From Tagaea sp. (GTDB taxonomy: Bacteria > Pseudomonadota > Alphaproteobacteria > CACIAM-22H2), in assembly GCA_965279525.1 (NCBI GenBank), contig CBDIIB010000004.1:224001-288000 (forward strand): DNA of 64,000 bases, in the 5' to 3' direction. Below the pieces are notes generated by a model, which saw nothing but the letters and a program-made list of their open reading frames with translations, searched no databases and was not told the DNA's origin. Positions 48,627-57,161 of the stretch are shown piece by piece. Position 1 is the stretch's first letter, and the number at the start of each line of letters is the position of its first letter. The translations under genes were made by a program, and so were the position numbers.

Positions 48627-50479
48627 CCGACCAGATTTTCGCGTCCATCGCCACGATCGCCCGGCATGCCAATGCGGGCGCGTGGCGGGAGGCCTTGGCG
48701 CATGCGCGCGCCCTCGACCACAAGCAGGAAGCAGCCTCGCACGCCGATGCCAAGCTCGTCTGCGCGCAGGTCTATCTCGCGACCGGGTTCGTCGACGAGG
48801 CGCGGCGCACGGCCGCCGAGGCCGTGGCGCTCGCCAATGACCTGCCGGGACCCTATCTGGTGCGCGCACGGGCGGCCGCGACGGTGGGCGACGGAGAGTC
48901 GGCGATCGCCGATCTCGAGACCTGCCTGAAGCTGGCGCCGGAATCCGTCGAAGCGCGAATCGTCCACGTCGATCTGCTGCACAGGCTTGGCCGCTACGAT
49001 GCCGTCGCGGCTTCGCTCGACGCGGCCGAGCGTGCCGGCGTGCGGTCGCCGGAGCTGGCGCAGCGCCGGTCGGTCAACGCGATGGCATTCGGGGAATTCG
49101 CCCGCGCCGAACGCGAAGCCCGGGCCGCACTCGAGGGATCGAACGATCCTGCCCGTGCCCAGCAATGGCTCGGGACCGTCCTTCTCCAGGAAGGGCGGAT
49201 CGCCGAAGCGCGGGCCGCCTTCGCCGCCGCGATCGCGCTGTCGCCCGATTTCGAACAGGCCTGGACGGACGACCTGTTCGCGGCAAACTACGATCCCTCG
49301 CTGTCGGCTGAAGCACTGAAAGCCCGCTATCTCGAATGGGCCGCGCGTTTCGCGCCCGAGCAGCCACGGCTGGATTTTCCCGCACCGGCAACGCATTTGC
49401 GCCGGCTACGCGTCGGCTACGTCTCGCAGGATCTGCGAGCGCATTCCGTCCGCCATTTCCTGCGTCCGCTGGTCGAGAATCACGACGCGGCGCGGATCGA
49501 GAGTTTCGCCTATAGCTCGACCACCCAGCCCGATTCCGAGACGGCACGGTTTCGCAAGTGCTTCTCGAACTGGCGAGATGTGGCCGACCAGGACGACGCA
49601 CAGCTGGCCGAAACGATCCGCGCGGATGGCATCGACGTTCTGGTCGATCTCGGCGGCCATACGGCCGGAACGCGCCTGAAGGTTTTCGCGCGACGGCCGG
49701 CGCCCGTGCAGGTGACGTGGCTGGGCTATGGCGGCACGACGGGGCTGGGTGCGATGGACTGGTATCTGGGCGATGCCCGGATGCTGCCGCCGGGGGCCGA
49801 AACCGGGCTCGTCGAAGGCGCCTGGCGCCTGCCGCGCGCGTGCTTTGCCTACGATCCGCCGCACGAGATGCCGACCCCGGGGAAGTTGCCGGCACTGAAG
49901 CGCGGGCACGTGACGTTCGCGAGTTTCTCGCGCCTCGTGCGCATCAACGACGGCGTCATAGAGACCTGGTCGCGGATCCTGTTGCGGGTCGCGAATGCAC
50001 GGATCTTCCTCAACGCGTTGCCCTTCGTCGATGCCGATGTCCGCACCCGCATGGCGGCGCGCTTTGCCGCGCACGGGATCGCGCCGGAGCGTCTGGATCT
50101 CCGATACACGCGTCCGCAGCCGGCAACATGGTCGGCGTACCGAGAAGTCGACATCGCGCTGGACCCGTTCGTCCACAATGGCGGGGTGACGAGTTTCGAG
50201 GCGCTGTGGATGGGCGTACCGGTCGTGTCGAAGCGCGACCGGGCACCGCTTGGCCGTTACGGCGATTGCCTGCTGGGCGCGCTCGGGATGGAAGACTGGT
50301 GCTGCGACACCGTGGATGCCTATGTCGAGCGCGCGGTCGCGGCAGCAGAAGATCTCGACCGTCTTTCGGAAATCCGCGCTGGCCTGCGGACCCGAATGCG
50401 CGCCAGCGAGCTTTGCGACGGTCCCGGTCTTGCGCGGGCGGTCGAGGCTGCCTTCTTCGAGATGCGCGCGCGCGCTTGA
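48623..50479 (+). CDS. TPR + GT41 (SPINDLY/OGT-like) glycosyltransferase
   Basis: GTGA overlap with motA; TPR-like N-terminus; RVGYVSQDLRAHSV, IDVLVDLGGHT, RPAPVQVTWLGY, DIALDPF and EALWMGVPVV. Confidence 0.92.
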   Translation: MTDQIFASIATIARHANAGAWREALAHARALDHKQEAASHADAKLVCAQVYLATGFVDEARRTAAEAVALANDLPGPYLVRARAAATVGDGESAIADLETCLKLAPESVEARIVHVDLLHRLGRYDAVAASLDAAERAGVRSPELAQRRSVNAMAFGEFARAEREARAALEGSNDPARAQQWLGTVLLQEGRIAEARAAFAAAIALSPDFEQAWTDDLFAANYDPSLSAEALKARYLEWAARFAPEQPRLDFPAPATHLRRLRVGYVSQDLRAHSVRHFLRPLVENHDAARIESFAYSSTTQPDSETARFRKCFSNWRDVADQDDAQLAETIRADGIDVLVDLGGHTAGTRLKVFARRPAPVQVTWLGYGGTTGLGAMDWYLGDARMLPPGAETGLVEGAWRLPRACFAYDPPHEMPTPGKLPALKRGHVTFASFSRLVRINDGVIETWSRILLRVANARIFLNALPFVDADVRTRMAARFAAHGIAPERLDLRYTRPQPATWSAYREVDIALDPFVHNGGVTSFEALWMGVPVVSKRDRAPLGRYGDCLLGALGMEDWCCDTVDAYVERAVAAAEDLDRLSEIRAGLRTRMRASELCDGPGLARAVEAAFFEMRARA

Positions 50480-50486
50480 GCGCCGG

Positions 50487-50765
50487 TCAGCGCTTCGCGC
50501 CGGACGAGAACTTCTTGGCCGCCACGGTCTGTCCGGGGATCCATTTCTTGACGTTCTGCGGACGCGCCGGGCGCTTGCCGACGGTCGCTTCCTCGAGCTT
50601 GTCGGCAAGGCTCTTGTAGTTGTCCATCGTCAACGCCAGCAGATCCTTCTCGGCGATCCCCATCGCGATGGCGGAATCGCCTTTCATCTGCGCCTGACGC
50701 AGCAGATAGACCATCAGTTTGGCCTCGTCGGCCGTGACCTTCAGGGTATAGACGGGACCGGCCAT
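50487..50765 (-). CDS. Hypothetical protein (~92 aa) with basic tail
   Basis: GAGG RBS, protein-like composition and host-like codon usage. Confidence 0.7.
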   Translation of the reverse strand: MAGPVYTLKVTADEAKLMVYLLRQAQMKGDSAIAMGIAEKDLLALTMDNYKSLADKLEEATVGKRPARPQNVKKWIPGQTVAAKKFSSGAKR

Positions 50766-50836
50766 CGTGGCCTCGCGGGGCTGGAGAAACGACTCGCTGT
50801 CGGGTCGGAATCCTAACACAGGTGACCAACGCGAGA

Positions 50837-50863
50837 AGCGCCACACCCGAAAGGGCTGGCGCT
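50837..50863 (-). terminator. Probable intrinsic terminator of the 67-aa gene
   Basis: AGCGCCA...CCC-GAAA-GGG...TGGCGCT stem-loop, followed by a short pyrimidine run on the minus strand. Confidence 0.6.
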
Positions 50864-50894
50864 CGAAATACCCGATCGGCTGAAACCGTCGGTC

Positions 50895-51098
50895 TTAGGC
50901 CGAGATATCGACGTTGCTGCCGCGGCCGTTGATTGCGGCAAGCGAGTTGCCCGCGATCTGGTTGCCTTGCGACACCTGCGTCAGCACGCGCTGCTTGGTG
51001 CGGTCTGCGAAATCGGTCGTGACGTCGTTGAACGCTTCGGTCTTCGCGTTCCGGAAGTCCAGGATCGGCTGCGCCGCCTGAGAGATCGTCAATGCCAT
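50895..51098 (-). CDS. Small protein (67 aa) ending RGSNVDISA
   Basis: GGAG RBS, its own AT-rich upstream region and a downstream hairpin. Confidence 0.75.
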   Translation of the reverse strand: MALTISQAAQPILDFRNAKTEAFNDVTTDFADRTKQRVLTQVSQGNQIAGNSLAAINGRGSNVDISA

Positions 51099-51253
51099 CG
51101 GGATTCTCCGTGGGGTCGTTCGATCCTACAATTATAGTAAAAGAAAAGTTAATCGTAAAGCATACACATTTTTGATGTTTTCAGCTTCTTCGGATCGGGG
51201 ATTAACGACGTTTGTTCAATGCTATAACACGGAAATTCAGCTAAAAAGAACGC

Positions 51254-52402
51254 ATGGCGATCGGACTCACCACCCAGCGCGCACGCCCGGGCGTCTTCGG
51301 CCGCCTCAAGGACGTGCCCTGGCTGCTTGTCCTGCTGATCGTGCTGCTGACGGCCGTGAGCTGCGCGATGCTCTATTCGGCCGCCGGCGGCGACTGGGAG
51401 CCGTGGGCCCAGCGCCAGGCGATCTTCGTCGGCATCGGGCTCGTCATGATGCTTGCCGCCGCCCTGGTCGACATCCGCGACTGGTTCCGCTTCGCCTATG
51501 TCGTGTACGCGTTCGGCGTGCTGCTGCTCGTCGGCGTCGAGATCGCGGGCGTGGCCGGCATGGGGGCCAAGCGGTGGCTCGATCTCGGCATCGTGCGCGT
51601 GCAGCCCTCGGAGTTCGTCAAGATCGGCGTCGTGCTCGTCGTCGCGCGCTATTTCCACGGCATGTCGCAGGAGCGCATGGCCAATCCGCTGTTCCTCGTG
51701 TGGCCGGCGGCCCTGGTGCTGGTCCCGGCGGCGCTTGTCCTCGTCCAGCCCAAGCTCGGCTCGGCCCTGCTGATCGCGTTCACCGGCATGGTCGTGTTCT
51801 TCGCGGCCGGCGTGCGGCTGTGGAAGTTCGTGCTTCTGGGTGCTTGCGTGGCGGGTGCGGTTCCGGTCGCCTGGAGTTTCCTGCACGACTACCAGAAGCG
51901 CCGCGTGCTCACCTTCGTCAATCCGGAGAGCGATCCGCTCGGGGCCGGGTACCATATCATCCAGTCGCGCATCGCCCTTGGTTCGGGCGGAATCTGGGGC
52001 AAGGGCTTCGCGCAAGGGTCCCAGAGCCAGCTGCAGTTCCTGCCCGAGAAGCAGACCGACTTCATCTTCGCGGTCCTTGCCGAGGAGTTCGGCCTTGTCG
52101 GCTCGATGTCGCTGCTGGGCGTCTATGCGGTGATCCTCGTCTTCCTGCTGGCGATCGCGGTGCGCGCGCGCAGCGTGTTCGCGCGGCTGCTCGCGACCGG
52201 CGTGGCGGCGATGTTTTTCGCCAACGTCTTCGTCAACGTGGCGATGGTCGCGGGCCTGCTGCCGGTCGTGGGCGAGCCGCTGCCGCTGCTGTCGCTTGGC
52301 GGCTCGGCGATGATCGCGAGCCTGATCGCGATGGGCCTTGCGATGAGCTGCTTCGTGGGCCGCGACCGCACGATCTCGCGCTCGGGCGAGGACGCGCCCT
52401 AG
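51254..52402 (+). CDS. rodA: SEDS peptidoglycan polymerase RodA
   Basis: Motifs GAKRWLDLG, QPSEFVK, DPLGAGYHIIQSRIALGSGG, LPEKQTDFIF, EEFG and PVVGEPLP. Confidence 0.93.
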   Translation: MAIGLTTQRARPGVFGRLKDVPWLLVLLIVLLTAVSCAMLYSAAGGDWEPWAQRQAIFVGIGLVMMLAAALVDIRDWFRFAYVVYAFGVLLLVGVEIAGVAGMGAKRWLDLGIVRVQPSEFVKIGVVLVVARYFHGMSQERMANPLFLVWPAALVLVPAALVLVQPKLGSALLIAFTGMVVFFAAGVRLWKFVLLGACVAGAVPVAWSFLHDYQKRRVLTFVNPESDPLGAGYHIIQSRIALGSGGIWGKGFAQGSQSQLQFLPEKQTDFIFAVLAEEFGLVGSMSLLGVYAVILVFLLAIAVRARSVFARLLATGVAAMFFANVFVNVAMVAGLLPVVGEPLPLLSLGGSAMIASLIAMGLAMSCFVGRDRTISRSGEDAP

Positions 52403-53735
52403 ACGTCGCCGTAGAGCTGCATCTGGCGCCAGAACGCGGCGTTGAGATTGCCGGGACCGGTGTCGACCAGCAGCGGATGCGGTCCCGCCGCCGCCTTGCG
52501 GCCGGTGGCGAGGCGAAAGAGAAAGAGCCGGCGCACGGTCTCGGCCGTGCCCAGCCCCGCGGCGAGCACGAACTCCAGTGCCGCCTCGCGGCCCGCCGGA
52601 TCGGCGAACAGCGAGGAGGGTGCTGCGAGCGCGTGGAAGCTTTCGAGCACGAGGGCGCGCAGCCAGGCCTGCCGGCCCATCGGCGACGACCGGCCTTCAT
52701 AGACCGCGAGCGGGCACAAGAAGGGTTCGTCCGGAACCGCCAGCGTGCCGGCAACAGCGGCCGGCACATGGGGGGCGAGCAGCGCCGACGCGCGTTGCCG
52801 GTGCCCGAGATCGGCTTCGACGCGTGCAAGCGAAAGGTCGCGCGCCAGCGACGGCGCCATCGCATCGAACAGCGCATGCGCGCGCAGCAGGTCGCCATGG
52901 CGCAGGCCGACCGTGCGCGCCCGATCGCAGGCGCGCGCGTGATGCGAGAAGGCGTCGGTGTCGTCGACCGGTGCGGCCGCGCACAGCAGGCCCGCCTTGG
53001 CGAGCATCGCGGCGCGCGCAGGCTTGGCGGCGAAGGCATTGAGCTGGTCGGCGAGTCCGGCCCGTCGCCCATCGGGACAAGCGCATTGAGAGCCGGTACG
53101 AGGCGATAGCGCGCATAGCCGTGCGCTTCGAGCGCCTGCAGCGCGGCGAAATCCCAGGCCGTGCCGTCGCGGATCTCGATCATCACGAGCGGATCGCCGC
53201 TGGCAAGGAACCGCGCCGCACCGGCGATCGCCTGCACCTCGGCGCCCTCGATGTCGATCTTGACGAAATCGACCGCCGGCATGTACGCGGCCGGCAGCAG
53301 GTCGTCGAGGCGCTGGACCTGCACGCGCAGGCCGCCGCCGGCACCGATGCGCGAGCCTTCGTGGAAATGATGGCCGCCGAACTCGACCTCGCCGGGGGCG
53401 GCACCCAGCGCCACCTCGAACACGGTGAGCTGCACGCCCGTCATCGCCTTTGCCGAACGGCGCAGCTTGTCGGCCAGAGCCGGGTGCGGCTCGAAGGCGA
53501 GGGTGGCCACGCGCGCGGCCGCCAACGTGGCCGCGTAGAAACCGAGATTGGCGCCGATGTCGAGCGCCATGCGCATATGCGGGGCGAGTGCCCGCACGAA
53601 GGGCGCTTCGTCCTCGAACCAGTCTTCCTGTTCGAGGAAGACGAAGCTCGAGATCCCGGTGATGTCGGCGGGCACCACGAGGCGCACGTTGCCGGCCAGC
53701 GACAGCAGCCATTCGTCGGGGCGAAGCTCGGTCAC
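52399..53735 (-). pseudogene. FkbM-family methyltransferase, frameshifted near 53050
   Basis: The N-part (EQEDWFEDE, DIGANLG, AFEP, KIDIEGAE) is in one frame and the C-part (QLNAFAAKP...NAAFW) in another. The span is 1337 nt, one short of a multiple of 3. Confidence 0.8.
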
Positions 53736-54967
53736 GGACGCTTCGTCTCGTCGTCGGCGGGCACGAGCCCGTAGGGCTTCACGAGGCGCCAGACATGGTC
53801 GGGAACCATCGCGCGCAGGCGGCGCGCGCGTTCGCGGCGCAGATGCACGACCGTCTCGACCGCCTTCATCTCGACGCGCGCGCGCGCGAACTCCAGCCCC
53901 CGCGGGCCGATGCGCGGCATCAGCCAGCCCACGACCGGGCGCAGCCAGTCGGGCATGCGGCGCAGCGGCAGGCCGCCGGCGGCGCGCAGCGTGTTGGCAA
54001 GGAAGCCCTTGACCGGGCCGGCGCGCTTTCCGGCACTGCCGGGCGCCTTCGTCGCGACCTCGTCGCCGAGCAGGGCAAGCAGTTCCTCGCCGCGTTCGTT
54101 GCGCACGATCAGCCACTGTTCGCCTTCGCCGCCCATGTAGCCGACCGTGATGTCGGCAAGCGCGTTTGTGTAATCGACGCAGGTGCGGCAGGTGAGGGGG
54201 AAGAAGTCGCGCGGCAGCTTCGAGATCGGCAATTCGAGAAACGGTATTTCCTTTTTATGCCCGTCCGCGAAGCGCAGCTCGACATGGTAGTCCGCGCGGA
54301 ACTCGAGATAGGTGATGGTGGCGGGATCGGCGGCGAGCAGTTCGAGGAACTTGTGGAAATTCGCCGTCGTCGTGTTGTCCGAGCACGGCGTGCCGATCAC
54401 ATAGAGCCGCTCGAAGCCCATCTCCTTCTCGATCGCGCGCAGCGCGTAGACCTGGCAGGGGATGCCGACGATGGCGAGCCGCTTGAAGCCGCGCGCGCGC
54501 GCCGGCTCTAGCAGCGCCAGCAGCGGGGCGTAGCCCATCCGCATGCCCCGGCACTGGGCCATGCCGGACGCCTCGGTGACGAGGACCGGCATCGGCTTCC
54601 AGCGGTCGGCCGGATCGGGCGCCATCGCCAGCACGGCATCCACGGCCTTCGTGGCCAGCAGCTTCTCGGCGATGCGCGTGGCGATGCCGGTCCACTGCGC
54701 GCCGTCGAGCGGGGCCTTCAGCGAGGCGCGCACCATGCGGCGGAAGGGGCCGAAATGGGTTTCGTCGGCGCGGGCCGGGTCGCGGGTGCGGCCATGGACC
54801 TGCGCCTCAAGGCGCGGATAGTCGGGCTTGATGAACTGGCAGGCCGTGCCGCAGCGCTTGGGCTCGGCGGTGCGCGAGATGCCGCAATCGGTGCAAAGAT
54901 CGCGCGGCACGCCTGCCGCCAGCGTCGGAACAAGGACCGGAGAAGGAATCGCGTCGACCGTCTGCAC
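53732..54967 (-). CDS. bciB: FrhB-family flavo-iron-sulfur protein, probable ferredoxin-dependent 8-vinyl reductase BciB
   Basis: Motifs LCTDCGISR..CGTACQF, GAQWTG, GIPCQV, GTPCSDNT, CRTCVDYTNALADITVGYMG and WLIVRNERG. No hydrogenase genes nearby. GTG start inferred. Confidence 0.8.
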   Translation of the reverse strand: MQTVDAIPSPVLVPTLAAGVPRDLCTDCGISRTAEPKRCGTACQFIKPDYPRLEAQVHGRTRDPARADETHFGPFRRMVRASLKAPLDGAQWTGIATRIAEKLLATKAVDAVLAMAPDPADRWKPMPVLVTEASGMAQCRGMRMGYAPLLALLEPARARGFKRLAIVGIPCQVYALRAIEKEMGFERLYVIGTPCSDNTTTANFHKFLELLAADPATITYLEFRADYHVELRFADGHKKEIPFLELPISKLPRDFFPLTCRTCVDYTNALADITVGYMGGEGEQWLIVRNERGEELLALLGDEVATKAPGSAGKRAGPVKGFLANTLRAAGGLPLRRMPDWLRPVVGWLMPRIGPRGLEFARARVEMKAVETVVHLRRERARRLRAMVPDHVWRLVKPYGLVPADDETKRP

Positions 54968-55057
54968 GGCGCCAAGCCTAGCAGCCCCCGCCGATCCGCC
55001 GGACGGATTTTTCGCCGGTCTTGAGAGGTGACGCGACCCGGCGCATTGTGTGTGCCG

Positions 55058-55732
55058 ATGCGACGACGGACCTTCATTTCCGGAGCGGCACTGCTGGGTG
55101 CCGGCCTGATCGACATGGCGCATGCACAGGCCCCCCGGCCGGCCGATGCCGGACTTCTTGTCGCCGCCGCGAAAGGCGATGCGGCGGCCGTGGTGCAGGC
55201 CCTTGCCGCGGGTGCCACCGTCGACGCGCGCGATGCAGGCGGCCGGACGGCGCTGCTGCTGGCCACGCACGGCGACCATCTGGAAGCAGCCCGCGTGCTG
55301 GTCGCGGCGGGTGCGGACGTCAACGCGAAGGACGCGATCTCCGACAGCCCCTATCTCTATGCCGGGGCGGAAGGGCGCGACGCGATCCTGCGCCTGACGC
55401 TGGCCAACGGCGCCGATCTCAGATCGGTCAACCGCTATGGCGGCACGGCGCTGATCCCGGCCGCCCATCACGGCCATGTCGCGACGGTGCGCATCCTGCT
55501 CGAGACCGCCATCGACATCGACCATGTCAACCGGCTGGGCTGGACCGCGCTCCTGGAAGCGGTCATCCTCGGCGACGGCGGGGCGGCGCACACCGAGATC
55601 GTGCGCCTGCTCGTCGACAAGGGCGCACGCAACGACATCGCCGACCGCGACGGGATCACGCCGCTCGAACACGCGCGGCGGCGCGGCTACGAAGCGATCG
55701 CGCGCATCATCGGGGGAGCGAAGGCCAGATGA
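55058..55732 (+). CDS. Ankyrin-repeat protein with Tat-like signal
   Basis: MRRRTFISGAALLG...AHA, then repeats GRTALLLA, GGTALIPAAHHGH, GWTALLEA and GITPLEHA. Confidence 0.92.
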   Translation: MRRRTFISGAALLGAGLIDMAHAQAPRPADAGLLVAAAKGDAAAVVQALAAGATVDARDAGGRTALLLATHGDHLEAARVLVAAGADVNAKDAISDSPYLYAGAEGRDAILRLTLANGADLRSVNRYGGTALIPAAHHGHVATVRILLETAIDIDHVNRLGWTALLEAVILGDGGAAHTEIVRLLVDKGARNDIADRDGITPLEHARRRGYEAIARIIGGAKAR

Positions 55733-56115
55733 ACGTCACCGGCATGAACCATTTCACGATCCTCGCGCGCGACATCGAGGAGACGCGCCGCTTCTACACC
55801 GGCATCCTCGGCCTCAAGGAAGGCTACCGGCCCGACATGGGCTTCCCCGGCATCTGGTTCTATGTCGGCGAGCAGTGGGTGCTGCACGTCGTGGCCGGGC
55901 GCAAACTGCCGAGCCCGCCGGCCGGCGTGATCGACCACATGGCCTTCAGCGCCACCGGCCTTGCCGCGACCGTCGACCGGCTGAAGGCGAACGGCATCGA
56001 TTACCGGCTGTCGCGACAGGTGGGAACGAACGTCTGGCAAATATTCTTCAACGATCCGAACGGTGCCAAGGTGGAACTCGATTTCGATCCGTCGGAAGAA
56101 CTTGCGGCCGCCTGA
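55729..56115 (+). CDS. VOC/glyoxalase-family protein
   Basis: Motifs MNHFTI, FYTGILGL, IDHMAF and FFNDPNGAKVEL. ATGA overlap with the ankyrin gene. Confidence 0.92.
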   Translation: MNVTGMNHFTILARDIEETRRFYTGILGLKEGYRPDMGFPGIWFYVGEQWVLHVVAGRKLPSPPAGVIDHMAFSATGLAATVDRLKANGIDYRLSRQVGTNVWQIFFNDPNGAKVELDFDPSEELAAA

Positions 56116-56294
56116 GCCGGACCGCAAATCATCAGGTTACAACTGGTTACGGTAACGTATTTAAACTGTTGAAGTTAAACGGATGTAACCGGACGAGTGC
56201 TCCGTGCAACATGCAACCTATTCACCTGTCAAAGAGCGCGGCGAACCTGGAAAGCACTCTGCCACAGGGTCGTGAACGCGTCCAGTAAATAAAC

Positions 56295-57122
56295 CTATAA
56301 ACTTTGCGGCCGACACGCCACCGCTTCGATCACCGATAGGCGGCCCTCGTCGAGGCTGCGGAAGACGTTGTCCTGATAGCTCCACATGCGCTCGCCCATC
56401 AGCACATGCGTGAACAATGCCGGCCGGCCGTTGGCGGCCATCTTCGCGCGCATGGCGGCCAGCGTGTCGCGCACATGCTTGGTGGTGTCCTCGATCGACA
56501 CGACGACGAAGCCCGCACCTTCGAGATCGCGGCGCGTCTCTTCCAGCGTGGCAAGGAAGCTCGCAGCCGCGTCGGCCGCCCACGGCGTCGGATAGTGCGG
56601 CGGCCCGCCGGCCCCGGCACCGAGATTGGACAAAGCGAGCGTGCCGCCCGGCTTCAGCACGCGCAGCGCCTCGCGATACATTGCCTTCTTGTCGGCGATG
56701 TTCATCGCGACGTTCTGCGAATAGGCGCGCTCGAACGCGGCGTCGGCGAAGGGCAGGGCGAGCGCGTCGCCGTTGCGGATCGTCACCGTATCGGACTGGC
56801 CGGTCGCCGCGCAGAGTGCTTCGCCGGCGGCACAGAATTCCGGCACCAGGTCGATGCCGGTCACGCGGCAGCCGGCGGTCTTGGCGATCCAGCGCGCCGG
56901 CCCGCCGATGCCGCAGCCGATGTCGAGCACATGGTCACCGGGCAAGGGGGCCAGCATCGCCAGCAGCTCGCGCGTCGCGACGACACCACGATTGTGGAAA
57001 TGGTCGAGCGGGGCGAGCGCTTCGGGCGTGATCGCGACGTCCGCCCCCTTGGCCGCGCGCAGGGCGGCGATCAGGCGCTCAGCGATGTCGGTGCTGGCGT
57101 AGTGGGATTCGATTTGCGGCAT
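56295..57122 (-). CDS. Class I SAM-dependent methyltransferase
   Basis: Motifs VLDIGCGIGGPAR, GDALALPF and RVLKPGG. Confidence 0.93.
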   Translation of the reverse strand: MPQIESHYASTDIAERLIAALRAAKGADVAITPEALAPLDHFHNRGVVATRELLAMLAPLPGDHVLDIGCGIGGPARWIAKTAGCRVTGIDLVPEFCAAGEALCAATGQSDTVTIRNGDALALPFADAAFERAYSQNVAMNIADKKAMYREALRVLKPGGTLALSNLGAGAGGPPHYPTPWAADAAASFLATLEETRRDLEGAGFVVVSIEDTTKHVRDTLAAMRAKMAANGRPALFTHVLMGERMWSYQDNVFRSLDEGRLSVIEAVACRPQSL

Positions 57123-57161
57123 GGCGGCACTTTAGCTCCGGATGCATCCGGCCGCACCGGT

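Noticed and set aside
53732-54967. F420 hydrogenase beta subunit
   Set aside because: No hydrogenase subunits or maturation genes are nearby, and the motifs fit the BciB branch better.
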